Assembly: GCA_964234715.1 (NCBI GenBank)
Contig: OZ174275.1
Length of the DNA stretch: 64,000 nucleotides
Direction: 5' to 3' (one strand)
Source: Podarcis melisellensis
Taxonomy: Eukaryota
Both the position numbers and the translations under genes were made by a program. Below are positions 1-14,089 of the stretch, piece after piece. The notes below the pieces were generated by a model, which made no database searches, was not told the DNA's origin, and saw only the letters and a program-made list of their open reading frames with translations. Numbering within the stretch: position 1 is the first letter of the stretch; each line of letters opens with the position of its first letter.

Positions 1-557
1 TCTCTTTCTAAGGAGCTCACTTGGGAAGCATTAGTGCAGCAAAATATTGCTTCATATATCATCTGCGTGCAAACACCTTAGTATTTTGGAACAAATTTGT
101 CACAGGGCTGGCAGTAATGGCGCAAACAGTTATTGAGCCTTAAACGCTGGAAAAGAATCATGGTCAAATTACCTCTGATTTCTAAATAAACAGAGTAGAT
201 GGCAAAGACCTGAGTGATGTTTGGTGCTAGTCCAGTGAGGTCAGTAGAGCTAAAATGTAAATTAGCTTTAAAATTTTAATGAAGCAGCCAAGAAATAGAA
301 TTAAGATGTGTCTGCCTTTGTTTACATCAGTGCCCTGCAGAATAATCTGTGGTCCAGATGAACTATTAGGCTTAGCTGTAGTTTAATTGCCTGAAAACTT
401 GCAGTTTTAAAATCACTAATAGTTCAGAATATATGCCGCTTGATCCAACCCATTTCTAGGAGTCCAGTAGTCATATTTCTGTTTATGGGAATGTCCTGTT
501 TATCATGAAGAGTTGAAGTACCACATTTTGTGGAACATGGCAGATTCTATGCCTATT

Positions 558-776
558 CAGTGGTACCTCAGGTTACAGATGCTTCAGGTTACAGACTCCG
601 CTAACCCAGAAATAGTACCTCAGGTTAAGAACTTTGCTTCAGGATGAGAAAAAGAAATCATGCAGCGGCAGCAGCGGGAGGCCCCATTAGCTAAAGTGGT
701 ACCTCAGGTTAAGAACAGTTTCAGGTTAAGAACGAACCTCCAGAACGAATTAAGTCCTTAACCCGAGGTACCACTG
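558..776 (+). mobile_element. Non-autonomous Tc1/mariner (Tigger/pogo-like) MITE, copy 1
   Basis: TIRs CAGTGGTACCTC(A/G)GGTTA; TA at the right flank; highly similar to the copies at 23571 and 34670. Confidence 0.85.
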
Positions 777-1514
777 TAGTTTCCTGTCTGGGAAACCTTA
801 CTTGTCTTTGGGCTGGTTCACCTGATCTCTAATTCTATGACAACCTGTGGCCATTCTTTTAATTAATGATTTGGCAAGCTAGAGTTGAACTTAGTTGTAA
901 AGGGAAAACCACCACTGGTTCTTGGCTAACTTTCTTCCATGACAGTGTAAGTTAACACCAGCAAGGGAACAGAATTTTTCTAATGGGTGGAGATTGCGAG
1001 CCCATCAAGAAAAACAGGAGAGGCCTTTTATAGACCAAAGATGGATGTGATAGGTAAAAGTGGCTCATCTCGATTCATAATGGTTTCACTCCTCTTGGAA
1101 AGCTGTAGGGAAAAGATCAGGCTTTATCAAAGACTTCTTCAAAGCTGAGAAGGCTCTGGACAAGGAGAATTCCTCTGATGCCATCACATCTCCCTGCTGC
1201 CAGTTTTCCTCCTTTCCCTTTCCACACTTTCCCAAATATACTAGCTTGTGAGAGCTCTTCCTACGTTATCATGGTATTCTGAAGATGCCAAGCATCTCCA
1301 CTGCTTCCAGAAAAGACTACATGGGACCTGCTGTATGTATCTCACCTCATGTCTCCTCCTCCCTATTAAGACCAAAGGTAGCCTCAGGAAGATAGGTTAA
1401 TGACCAAAGTACTAGATACTGGGGATGGGGGTAGTTTCCCACTCAAGTCTTCCCCTAGCGATGGCAGAAAAATAGTTTGGGTACCCAAAATAGCATGGGA
1501 ATATATTTCTTTTG

Positions 1515-1612
1515 TTACATTTATATTCCACCTTTCTTCTATTATGGAACCCAAGGCAGTGCCTGTGTCCCAGGTGGTCACTAATCCAGGGACTAATCAG
1601 ACCCAAACATGC
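1515..1612 (-). mobile_element. Degenerate 5S rRNA-derived SINE-like fragment
   Basis: tcccaggtggtcactaatccagggactaatcagaccc resembles the reverse complement of the 5S internal control region, next to a SINE/LINE-like tail. Confidence 0.35.
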
Positions 1613-4600
1613 AAGGTGGTAGCCTAGTGAACCTTCAGACCATACCCTGGGAAACAGGTTTTCCCTGCATGGGGGAAAGCTATTGAACAAGAATGTTCAG
1701 CAAAACACCTACAGCAGGCAGGGCAGGGCAGAAAGGTCAAAGGGCCCCTGCTCCAGTTGCTAATGGTCCTCTGGTTAAGAGAATGAGTTTTCTGATGCTT
1801 TTAACATAAAACATGGAGGGAAAGATGCATGCACCTGTATATTGTGTATTTTAAGCAAGGATCCCATTTACCCAAATCTTTTGCATTGAATCAACACATG
1901 AGAGGAGAGAACAAAGACAAGTATGCTTCCATGATCTGGCCCCCTTGCTCCCCTGTAACCCCCCCAAGGGTTGGAAAGTCAGGACACTACATTGTGTGGG
2001 GAGCCTACATGAATAGGCAAACACCCATTTATCAATGTGTGGATGATGGTGATGGGGATTGCAGTGGTGTGCAAAGGTTGTGCACTTGTCTCTGCTTTGC
2101 ATGTGGATTAAACCAAGGGGGGGTGGAATCCTGAAATAAGGCTAAAGTGAGAAGAAGCGGGGGGCATTTTACATGCCTTTCAAATGAGTGAAATTAATTT
2201 CCACTTTGCATTGGAACATAGGCAGGGGAAAAATGTGTCTTTGTATGTTGGATAAATATTACGGATGCAAAATGAATTCATACAGACCATCACTTAGATC
2301 CACACGCTCACATAAACACTCCAGTGTAATGGAGAAATGAGATCTCAAACAAAGAGGGAGAGAGAGAGATTCTCTGCAGCATGCCAAAGGAATAGGGTTG
2401 TGGATTTTTTTCCACACTGTTTCTTCCCTACTTCCCCTGTCACAGTAAAAGATAAATGAACTTAGCTGACACTGTTATTGTTTCCTATAATTGCAGCTAT
2501 GTGCTTATACTAAGGAAGATGAAATACAGAATCTTTGCTTCCCTAGAGACTTCTGGGAGACAAGGGAGGGAAAATGCAACAGAATACAGTAATGTGTGCA
2601 TCATTAAGGGAGGCACTGAAACTGCCTTGAATCAACATGCATTTTTCAGCAACACATTCTGTCATCTTGAACGAGCGATCAGGATGGCAAGGAACAGACA
2701 AGCGGGGTTCCACTGAGGCCATGTTGGGTGAGATTTTCTCTTAACTAGCCTGTAGTTGAAAAAAGGAACAGAAAGCTCTAGGGCTAATCAGCGATGAGCA
2801 GAAATGGCATACCAGACCATGTTAAATGAATAAAGAAGATGTCACAGGAATCCTAAGGCTCCCCCCACAACTCAATTCCCTTCCTGTAATGCAACTATTG
2901 CTTGAAAGAGTCCTATATTTGGGGCATTCTATGAATAGCAGATGACAGTGAGCCTGTAGGCTGTACAGTGAGAGATGCGTTGTTTGTGCACATGTAGTTT
3001 GTAAGACAGCTTGGATAATTGTGCTTATGGGTGTCCCCCTGAGTACAGTACAATGTGCTTAATTTTCTTTCCATGCCAGTCCTTTAAAAAAAACACAAAA
3101 CCCGCTATGTTTAGATCTAATAAAATAATATTTCTTTGGTGACCTACAGAATATTCTGGAATTAAAAATAGAAGCTACACACGTTGTTAATGAAAGACTA
3201 GGCTGCTTCGCAGATGTGGCAACTAAAATATGAATGGGTCAGTGACTGGCCTAAATAAAGGGAATTAAAAGTAGGGGAAATAAAATGAGAAACGTAGAGA
3301 GCCAAGGGGTGCAGTGGTTTCACATAGCGAACACTGCAAATTCTATGAAGATCGCAGGGCGGTTCACAAAGTAAATTTACAAAATGAGTACACAAAATAC
3401 ATAAAGAAAAACACCAAAGCCAAACCAATACCCACCCCCCCACTCCCACAAATACATTTAAAAGGCTGTAGGTTGTTTAATGAGACCTGGTTATAGAGAA
3501 ACATTTTTACCTGGCCTCTAAAGAAGCATCGCTGAAACCAAAGAGTAGGAGGCTTACACTCCCCATCCCCAGCTGTAGGTTCTGTTGCATAGGATGCCAT
3601 TTCGGGCCATCACACAAAGCAAAACAAAACCAAAAAACCTGTTGTTGAAGACAAATGAGAGGAAACGACATAAGCGATTGCTAATTTGCAGTCTGCCAGG
3701 TTTTATTCTGGGCACAGCCACAGACAGAATATCTGCTAAATTTGTAATGGGACGTGTTTCAACTTTCAAACTTAAAAATGTTCTACATAACTAGCAAAGC
3801 TCCTCTTTATTTAGCTTTGGTATGCGTGCTTTACAAAAATCCACGCTTCACATTTCAGCTGTCTCGCTATATAAAGGTCTGTAGGTCTGTGCTTATTTAG
3901 AGACCTAGATTTATCCCATTAAGGCTTGGCATCTTCTCTTTGTGTGAATCACATCCATCAGAAATCAGAATGAGGTTACAGTGAATTCTCTCCAGGGGCT
4001 TACAGCAGTAAGTCTCTACTGAGAATTTTAACTAAATTTTCTGGCTACATATTTATAAGGGCTCTGTTGTGATTGTGCAGCAACAAAATCTTGCAGGGTT
4101 TTGCCCTTCTGCCCTCCTTTGTTCTGCTTCTTTGAATTACCAAATGATCATTCTGAAGAAGAATTCGGCTGTGAATTGGTGCTGCTCTTACAAGATGTTG
4201 TCATAGGAAGTGGTGTGGGAATCAGCAGCAAAAGAAAACGCTTAGAAAGAAGAAAACAGGATACTGGCTGGTCTGCTCATATTGTACAGTTCTTCTCACT
4301 CACTCGGCAAACACAAATATTTGACATTCTGTCAGCTGTAAATTTAAGAAACCCAGTTTTCTAGTCCTCATGTGACTCAAACCCTGTGAATCCACAGGCA
4401 CTATCTGAGGATGTTTCAGAAAATAGGTGGAGAATGAACCTGGATTTCCTTGAATATCCCATCTATTTCATAATTTTCAGACCCAGTTTATTGTTTTGCC
4501 TGCCAGTTCTAAAACAAGAAGTTAGCTAATGTTTTATCCAATAGAGGACATGTACAACTCTGTGAACGAAGGTGCAGTCAGGTTGTTTGACCGGCTAGGG

Positions 4601-5654
4601 ATGTGGAGAGCAGGGGTTTCAACCCTGCTATCAAACATCTGAAAAGTTTGGCCCTATTTCATTTGCAGGGTTATGCATATGCAACCATGGCTGCTTGTTT
4701 GGTCTGTGAAAACTTGCTTTTTGCACTCATAATTTCTTACTCATCTTGCTTCTCATATGTATGGTCTTTAAGTGGATTGCATAATACTGTATACTTCTCT
4801 GTATGCTAAGAAAAAGGCTAGAAAGGGAAAGGGGATCAGTCATAGGAATGATGCGAATATGGTTGACATGATCTGTGCTGTTGAAATGAGCATATAAAAT
4901 CTATGTTATATGTGGACGGCATAACTGTTCCATGAAATAAAGCTAAGTAAGGGCTTAGTGAAGTCCATAATATGTATTGAATCTCATCCCTTAAAAAAAC
5001 AATCAAGCTTAATGTGAGATGGAGGGTGTCCGGAAATTTTAAAAGAGGTTCAAACACAGGCATTGTAAAAATAAATTGCATAAACCTGCTTCATATTTGT
5101 ATAAGTAATTCATATGTGACTTTATTGCAATTGAAACAAAAGGAGCATAATATAAATTAAATGGTTAGTTTTCCTTTCGACTGCTTTTCTTTCCTGCATA
5201 ATTCAATTTTGAGATGGAATTACAGTTGTTCTGTTTCCAGCACAGATGGCGCATAAAACAGGCAGTGCATACACTTATTTTTTTAATAGGTCATTTTAAA
5301 TGTTTCCCTTCCACCACTTAAAACTGTGTGGTTCTCAAATTCAGGCAAAATGTGCCTGTTGCTGAAAACAATGTGGCCATTTTTTCACACCTATTTAAAA
5401 AGAAGGTGAAATGTGTCGCTTATATTCTGTTAATCTATGATATCATAGGTTAATGCAAATTCTTCAAAGGAGGGTTAGAGCAATCGTTTGCAACTTAGTG
5501 TGATGGTTTTCACTTTTTTCAGGCTCTTGTGAGAGGAACTTCTAATGGGGAAAGGGCAAGACCACAAAGAACAACTGCACTGCTTTGAAGTTCACATTGT
5601 ACTTCACACCTGAAAAACTGGTTGTGACCTACAAGCTGAAGACAGCAGACCACC

Positions 5655-5704
<50 letters not shown>
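5655..5704. repeat. (TAA)n microsatellite
   Basis: About 16 perfect units; the source of spurious poly-I and poly-Y ORFs. Confidence 0.99.
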
Positions 5705-5871
5705 TGGTTTAAGGGAGTCTACAAGGCACTGAAGGAAAGTTCTCTTGTGGGCTGGCTTCCTAGAACTGACAAAAATGTAACCTAAAGGCCACAAAACGTT
5801 GCTGCAGATCACAAGTTGTGCAGTACCTATTTTACATTGTGTCATCACTTCTGCTGTTTGCATTAGGCTTG

Positions 5872-6420
5872 CCAGCATTCCCTGAACTGGTGTCCTCCAG
5901 ATGTTTGGGACTACAACCCCACCATCCCCAAGCAATTGGCCATGGCTAAGGAGAGTTATTGACCGAAACATTGGTGGAACCAATGGTGTAGCATACGGGG
6001 GGGCAGTGGGGCCATTGCCCCAAGCACACAATCGTGGGGGGACAGGAATGGATGAACCAGGCATCCCTACAGAGATCCCAATGGCGCACCCTCTGCACCC
6101 CGCCCCTGCCTGGTATGCAACCGCCCACCTGGTGGCAACGAGGGCTGGGGAGTGGAGGGTGAAGATCACCCTCTGCACACCATCCCTGACTGCCACACGA
6201 GTGCTTGCCCAGCAGGAGGGCCAGGTGAGTGGAGAGGCTGCTCTTCACCCTCCACTCCCTAGCCCTCTCTGTCGACGGGGGGGGGGGGGCAGAGAAGTGA
6301 GGATAAGCAGCTGTGGCAGTGTCTTCCAAATTCTGGGGAGATCATGTGAGAGGCCCATGAGATCTCGCTGGAACCTGGAAACCGCTTCCACAGCTGCACG
6401 ACCCAGCAAGTGAGGCTTTG
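5872..6420. mobile_element. Half of a hAT-type palindromic MITE followed by a GC-rich non-autonomous element
   Basis: 5872-5950 matches the left arm of the 18787 family (cctccagatgtttgggactacaac); a GC-rich block with internal repeats starts at about 5981. Confidence 0.45.
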
Positions 6421-6443
6421 GCAGCGATGCAGGCTGGTACCTT

Positions 6444-6605
6444 GCCACTCAAAGAAAATAAGGAGATAGGGTACTGCTTGGACAGTCTGGACTGGATTGT
6501 AGGGATAGCTATATGAGCTCTGACTTCCTCCAGACTACCTTTGTTCATAGTCTGTGTAATGCTGCCGTACCTTTTTTAAAAAAAGAACCTTTCCCAAGTA
6601 ATCCC
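6444..6605 (+). repeat. Unclassified ~160-bp dispersed repeat, copy A
   Basis: Colinear similarity to 8583-8737. Confidence 0.8.
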
Positions 6606-7089
6606 ATCTGTGTGGCCCACTGCTATGGAGCAAAGCCCCTCTAATTATATCTAATTGTGTTCGTGGATTTCCCACCTTTTATTTGAAGCACACCTAAAAG
6701 CTTCGATCCAGCAGCTTAAAGGGGACACAGGTAAGCATCAGGATGCTAATGAGGAGATACATCTGTATTTAAATGGTCGACACATCTGGAAAATTGCTGC
6801 TGTGTGCTGACATTCTTTACTGCATTGAGGTAAATGCAATTGCAGCCATCGTAGACACTATGTCTACTAGAGTGTCTCATTTCTGTGTGCATATCACAAA
6901 ACATTGGAAGATGACTGTGGTTGCCTTTAGAAATGGGTGTGAATTACGGTAGTCTGACTTTGAATGGCATGGCTTTGATATAGCATCAGCAGCTTGATAA
7001 CTGTGCAAACATAATAGGGAGACTTCTCTGTGGCAGCACAAATGACTCCCATGGTTCAGTGATGCTCTTTTTAAAAGTCCATAGATGGT

Positions 7090-7562
7090 TTAATTAGCCA
7101 AAGGCCTGGGAGAAGAGGAATATTTTTGACTGGCACCTAAAGATATGTGACAAAGGCACCAAGCGAGCTTCTCTGGGGAGAGCCCCTGTTGAAACGGCCC
7201 ATTCATTTGCAAGTACCATCTAGGCTTCTCATGTAGGGGGCACACAAAGAAGGACCCCAGATGATAATCATAGGGTCCAGGTTGGTTCATATGGGGAGAG
7301 GTGGTCTTTGAGGTATTGCGGTCCTGAGCTGTTTAAGGCTTTATTGGTTAAAACCAGCACTTTGAATTGGGCTGGAAACTAACTGGCAGCCAGTGTAGTT
7401 GGTCTAGGTGTTATAAGCTCAATCTGTCTTGCCCCAGTGAGCAACCTGGCCACCAGATTTTCCACCTGCTGAAGTTTCCGAACCACCATCAGATGCAGGC
7501 CCACGTATACCACATTGCAGTAATCTAGCCTAGAGCTTGTCAGAGCATAAATGACAGCCCAG
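7090..7562 (-). mobile_element. Old L2 LINE ORF2 3' fragment
   Basis: Encodes ALTSSRLDYCNVVYVGLHLMVVRKLQQVENLVARLLTG, homologous to the L2 at 12321-13676. Confidence 0.85.
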
Positions 7563-8582
7563 CACACCCACTGCCACAGCTGCAGATGTAAAGGAAAAGT
7601 TGAGTTAATTGTCGTGCAAAGAGGAAGATATGGAGTTTCTTTCAACTTTTCTAAACTATGGCTTGAGGAAGCTCAAAACTTGTTGGTATTTCAATAAAGA
7701 ATTTTTTCATCCAAAAAAAAAACCCCTAAAAAAAACTTGTTGGTCCAAAAAATAAATGTGTGCACCATGGGGAATAATAGCACTACAGAGCATTTTCCGA
7801 GTGTCTGATAATCATTTATATCCTGAGTGTTGTGGTGTGTATGTGTGTGTGTGTGTGTGCGTGCGTTTTAGTGGAGTTCAGCTCCATGTATTGAATAAGT
7901 AGAGAGGCCTCTTACAGCCTATTTATCTCATAGGCTTACATAATAGCCAGGGGAGAATGACCCTCATCACTTAGGTCTAGCATCAGACACCAACTGATGT
8001 AAGAGAAAATTCCAGATCTAATCACACCCAGTCTTCATGCCAGAAGGAAGGATCGGCGCAATATGGTCTTCTAAAGGACAATGGAGGATTAAGAGGAATA
8101 CTGAGGTGAGAGACCCTAGGGAGTCTCCTCTGCCTTACACTTACTGTAATTAACACACTAGCTAATTTGATCCTGCCTTTTAATTTGCACACAGTCTCAC
8201 ACTGTTGTTCTAAGCTAATGGAAACTGATGGGACAGAACTGTAGACTGATAATAAGATACCAGCGGGAAGTTTTGGAGGGCCTTAGCAGTGTGCTGAATG
8301 ATCTAATAGAAACAGGTGAAGCATGCTTCAAATAAAAGGCAGGAAGTCCATGAATACAATTAAATATAATTAGATGGGTTATGCCCCATAGTATGTGATA
8401 TCACAAAGCTAACAGAGGCGGACTTTTTTATGCATTGTGAAGAAGACACCTAGCTGGTTCTCTCTTAGTTAAAAGGGCACATACAAGAAAAGGTGGGCCC
8501 TGTCAATCTAGTGTGGGGCTCCTGGTCCCATGAAGGATTCCTCCTTCTGCCATATTGCTTGAGGCAGTGGGCAACACAGATG

Positions 8583-8737
8583 GCCACTCAAAGAAAACAA
8601 GCAGGTAGGGTAATAGGATTTCTGCTTGGACAGTCTGCACTGAATTGTAGGGATAGCCATACGAGCTCTGGATTCCTCCAAATTACCTTTGCTCATAGGC
8701 TGCCCTACCTTTTTTTTAACCTTTCCCCAATAATCCC
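8583..8737 (+). repeat. Unclassified ~160-bp dispersed repeat, copy B
   Basis: gccactcaaagaaaa...ctgcttggacagtctg...ttgtagggatagc...tacctttg...aacctttccc...taatccc shared with copy A. Confidence 0.8.
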
Positions 8738-11700
8738 GTTTTTCATGCACTCATGTTTCCACTTTATTTATTTTGTTATAGCTGTGACAACTTGGAACTT
8801 GTTCATTATAAATTAAGAAACCAGGAAAGGAAATAAAGGAGGGTGGGCCGTAGCCCAGTGGCTACGGAGATGGGTCGGCCATGGAAAGTGTCCTGTACCA
8901 ATCTTGGGCCTTGACTCAATCATGGTTTCCCCTTGTAGGTTTAGGTATCTTACTCTCCCTCAGCCTTTCCCACTCCCACCTCTAATGTGGCAAGACCACA
9001 AGGCTGAGTAAGGATTACTGAGATGGTATGTGTTCTTTCAGCATTTAATGGAAGCAGAAGAGTTTGGGCCACTGCGTCCCCCAACCCCACCCTGGAGGAA
9101 CCTGCTGCATGTATTCTGGCTCCCTTCATGACGTAAACTCCTGCACAGTCCAGATTTCACATCACAGAAGAGTCTACACGTATAGAACAAGCTCTCATTT
9201 AGAGAACTCCTCCTCTCTCCAAAAGGTGAATGGAGGAGGATGAGGCCAGTAGGACTTGTGGGAGTGGAACTAGCAGTCTTGCTCTCTCACTCCATGTGAT
9301 TGTTGTGAGGAGGAAACCCAAATATGGCTTATATCTTCATGAAGTTTTATTTTAAACTCTTTTTTTCTATTTATTTTGTGCCATTATAAGTCTATCTATC
9401 CATCCGTCTGTCTGTCTGTCTATCCATCTATCCGTCTATGTTGTTAGAAGTTTTAAATGTTAGGGACATGAGGCCAAGAAGGATGTCTGTATAACTGAAA
9501 GTAACTTCCCTCACCTATGGAAATGACAGAAGGCAGCAGCTGAGTTATGTGATACTCCAAATCTCTGAATCAACTAACACAAATGGTGTGTCTTATGTCT
9601 GAGAAATAAAAACATAAGGAGATTAAAGGGGCATATTGAGTGAGAGACAGAGGAACACAGATTGACCTTGGTTAACTTCGGAAAGCTTCTTTAGAAGAAG
9701 AAAAGTATGTTGTACAGTTACAAGTCCAACTCGGTGAGATGGGCTCCCTTTCTAGTGCTGCTTATCAGAAACAGGAGGTATTGGTGTAGCAAATGATCTT
9801 ATGAAGAAACAGGTGTTTTAAACAGTCTGGATTACCCCCATTAATCTGCTTATCCTGAGTTAACTGAAGAGATTGGCTGCCATGTAGCGTCTAGCTTGAT
9901 TCACAATCCAATCTTTTATTTATGCATGAGGATAAAAAATGAAGGGAAATGTGCATTTGTGGTACCGCAGTGTATACAGATGCCTGACTTGAAGTTGGGT
10001 CAGTTGTATTTGCGTGCATGTGCAGAGGAAGCAATACTGCCATCATTTCCATACATTCTGGGTTTATTCAGCACCTTCGGGGGAAAGTAATGCATGAGCA
10101 AACCCTAGCTTTTTTGTCATCAGTGAGTACGGTAGCTATTATTTGGACATGCAGTTGCAATCCATAAGGGAAAAGCAGCTGCTGTGCTAAGTGAAAACTT
10201 TTGGTGGCCGTTATCAACTCCTCTCACACCACCCATTTCTGAAAGAAATTACGGACTCCTAAATTAAGCACAACAACTACAGCTGTAGTGTGATATCACA
10301 AAGTGGAACAGGCACACTATTAATTTGACCTGCAAAAGCCTCCGGTTGCTAGTCTGGCTGCCAGGTTCCTTTCTCAGCCAAACCTATGTGAATGAAAAAG
10401 CTTTGCTGGGATATAAACATATGGAGCCAAAGAGGGGGAATGCAGGTAGGATTCTACCCAGTTGTTCCGTAGGAAGTAAATCTTGTCCCCACTTTCATTG
10501 AAAGGATAATGAATTTACAAAAAGGCCATGGGGTGACATATCTGGCATTTATTTTAAAAAGGAATTGGATTCTTGAAGGACAAGTTTTAAAAATATTTGG
10601 ATGTACCTTAAACTTTCCCTGTTCTCTGTTGCTGCAAATGGGCAGAGCCTATGACTTATGTGTCAATGAATATAAGTCTAAAAATAGCAGTGTCTTGCAG
10701 CATCTTAGAAACAAACAAATTTATGATGTCATAAGCTGTTGTGGACCACAGCTCACTATAAGGCATTCATATAACATCTCCATCTGCTTAGAGTGGCCAT
10801 GTATCCTACCCTACAGAGGACAACCCTCTAGTTAAAGGGCTGTCCTCTATTTGATGGAGTCCTCTTTTTAAAATTCTGTCTGGTCCAAGTCTAGTTTAAA
10901 GATAAAGAACCATACAAAGGGAGTTACCCTTAAACATCTGGACATCACCCTGAATGTGATGTCATAGTCATAGTCTTCCCTACAGTGGTGGTGCATGGTG
11001 CATAAATTGTGCATAAATTGTAATGATAATTCCTAAACTTTCACCACTACATATAAATACATATATTTGTAGGTACATATTTGAATGTACAAATTTAATG
11101 CAAATCTTTGCTTTTTTGGTTCTCTTCTTCATGATGCACACATAATTCAAGCACTGACAGACGTTTAAGCATCTGAAAGACCCGCTAGGCAATTTCTTGT
11201 TTCTGGCATAAATTTTAGGAATCTTTACACAATTGTGATGGCTGAAACCTTGGTGTAGTTAAAAAAAAAGGAAGCTCCATTCTCAGAGTCCCAAAACATC
11301 TACATGATTTTTTGTTACCTGTGTGATGCCAAACAGAATCCTAAACCCTACCTGAAGCTTTTGTAAAACTGAGAGGCAGAAATTTCTCTCTCCCACAATC
11401 ACATTGAGAAAACATGGTTAAACCTAGCCGTGTTTCTTCCATGACTACGGAGGGGAAAGACATGATTTAACAACGTCAAGGCCTTAGTCATAAAACACAA
11501 TTGCTGGAGTGTTTAAAATATTCAGAGAGCAGTAAGCATTAACAACACCAGACTTCATCTTATAAAATTCTGTAATGCAAATTGAAACAAAGTGCTCCAT
11601 CCTAGATCCTTTTAAAGGTTAAGTGGCTGTGGCAAGAAGTGTTAAAATTGTGCATAAAGTGACATTTTCTAAAAATAAATATTTAGAGCGTGGGCATTTT

Positions 11701-12320
11701 TATTATTAAGACCTAATCAGTCTTCTAGAAAGTTGCTTTTTATGGCAGAAAAGCAGGGTTCTGAGAACCCCAGATTCTGGGCACTATCCCATTCAAAAGC
11801 TTCTAGTACTGGAAGTCACCATAACAGGAAAAGCAGGGCACAATCCACTCAGGATTACTGTACAGCCCTAAAGAAGCCTGCTCAAAAGTATGTCCCATTT
11901 AGTTCAATTGGACTTATTCCCAAGTATAACACAATGGGCTTAAGCACTTTGCAGTGCCATTGATATCAGTGTTAAGAATGTGATTTAAATCACCACAGCT
12001 GAAATGTTTGGCACTTCAAAGCACAGAACTTCAGTGAGATGATGCCCAAACACTATGGCATAAATGGAGAACTCCCAGCATGGAACTGAATATTTTCTGG
12101 ATATTTTTTGCTCACAGCATGATTATTGATGTAACCTAATTATCACATTTTTAATCTGCCTTAGTCATGAATCAGAGTTTTGAATAGGATACATTTTGCT
12201 CCTTAAACTTTTGTCATGAAGTCACTATGAATGCAAGGTCTTCTGAATTTGATAGACTACATCTGACACATGGCTGACTTTGAAGAGAATGCACCTTTTG
12301 TTAAGTACTAATGATAAGCA

Positions 12321-12368
<48 letters not shown>

Positions 12369-13676
12369 TTATTATTTATACCCCGCCCATCTGACTGGGC
12401 CTCCCCAGCCACTCTGGGCGGCTTCCATAAAAACCAAAAATACAGTAAAATCACACGTTAAAAACTTCCCTGAACAGGGCTGCCTTAAGATGTCTTCTGA
12501 ATGTCAGGTAGTTGTTTATCGCTTTGACATCTGCTGGAAGGGCGTTCCACAGGGTGGGCGCCACTACCGAGAAGGCCCTCTGTCTGGTTCCCTGTAGCTT
12601 TGCTTCTCGCAATGAGGGAACCGCCAGAAGGCCCTCGGCGCTGGACCTCAGCGTCCGGGCAGAATGATGGGGGTGGAGACACTCCTTCAGGTATACTGGA
12701 CCGAGGCCGTTTAGGGCTTTAAAGGTCAGCACCAGCACTTTGAATTGTGCTCGGAAACATACTGGGAGCCAATGTAGGTCTTTCAAGACCGGTGTTATAT
12801 GGTCTCGGCGGTCGCTCCCAGTCACCAGTCTAGCTGCCGCATTCTGGATTAGTTGTAGTTTCCGAGTCACCTTCAAAGGTAGCCCCACGTAGAGTGCATT
12901 GCAGTAGTCCAAGCGGGAGATAACCAGAGCATGCACCACTCTGGCGAGACAGTCCGCAGGCAGATAGGGTCTCAGCCTACGTACCAGATGGAGCTGGTAA
13001 ACAGCTGCCCTGGACACAGATTTAACCTGTGCCTCCATGGACAGCTGTGAGTCCAAAATGACTCCCAGGCTGCGCACCTGGTCCTTCAGGGGCACAGTTA
13101 CCCCATTCAGGACCAGGGAATCCTCCACACCTGCCTGCCTCCTGTCCCCCAGAAACAGTACTTCTGTCTTGTCAGGATTCAACCTCAATCTATTAGCCGC
13201 CATCCATCCTCCAACCGCCTCCAGACACGCACACAGGACCTTCACTGCCCTCACTGGTTCTGATTTAAAAGAGAGGTAGAGCTGGGTATCATCTGCATAC
13301 TGATGAACACCCAGCCCAAACCTCCTGATGATCTCTCCCAGTGGCTGCATGTAGATGTTGAAAAGCATGGGGGAGAGGACAGAACCCTGAGGCACCCCAC
13401 AAGTGAGAGCCCAGGGGTCTGAACACTCACCCCCACCACCACTTTCTGAACACGGCCCAGGAGGAAGGAGCGGAACCACTGTATGACAGTGCCCCCAGCC
13501 CCCAGCCCCTCAAGACGGTTCAGAAGGATGTTATGGTCGATGGTATCAAACGCCGCTGAGAGATCCAGCAGAACTAGGAAACAGCTCTCACCTTTGTCCC
13601 TAGCCCGCCGGAGATCATCAACCAGTGCGACCAAGGCAGTTTCAGTCCCATGATGAGGCCTGAATCCCGACTGGAA
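12321..13676 (-). mobile_element. Young 5'-truncated L2 LINE (RT domain to 3' end) with a (TTA)n tail
   Basis: RT motifs FQSGFRP, LLDLSAAFDT, GVPQGSVLSP, YADDTQLY and SRLDYCN; one frameshift at about 13430; stop at 12451; short 3'UTR and (AAT)n at 12321-12368. Confidence 0.96.
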
Positions 13677-14089
13677 TTATTATTTAAAACATGTGCAAAC
13701 CCCCTTTTAATAAAACTTTTTAAAATTGCAGCTCATAATGATGATTTCAGACTTTTGCTTGCAATTTTAAAATAGTGTTACAAAATAAATAGACAGCAAA
13801 AGGGCTTTCTAAATGCTCTTTCAAAATCATGATGATGATGAGACGTTTTAGAGCACATTACTCACATGCTCTGGGATGAAGACCCAAGAATGTTATGGGA
13901 CTAACAAATGGTCACAACTTAAAGTGATCTACAATGAGATAAATATCTCTGCAGGAGCCTTAATTCAACCCAAAAGGTGTGGACTCCTAACTCTTAAAAG
14001 GAGAACTGGGATGACCTTGTGTCTACCTTAAATGAGAAAATCCATCCTGGCTCCAAGAAGATGGACTTTTGGCCTCATGCAGGAGAGAT

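Noticed and set aside
5585-6413. ORFs of 66-180 aa, some with poly-I or poly-Y runs
   Set aside because: They arise from the (TAA)n microsatellite and a GC-rich repeat; no homology or splice support.
12451-13634. 342-aa and 127-aa ORFs as a host gene or retron-like RT system
   Set aside because: A frameshifted, 5'-truncated L2 ORF2 with no endonuclease domain or promoter.
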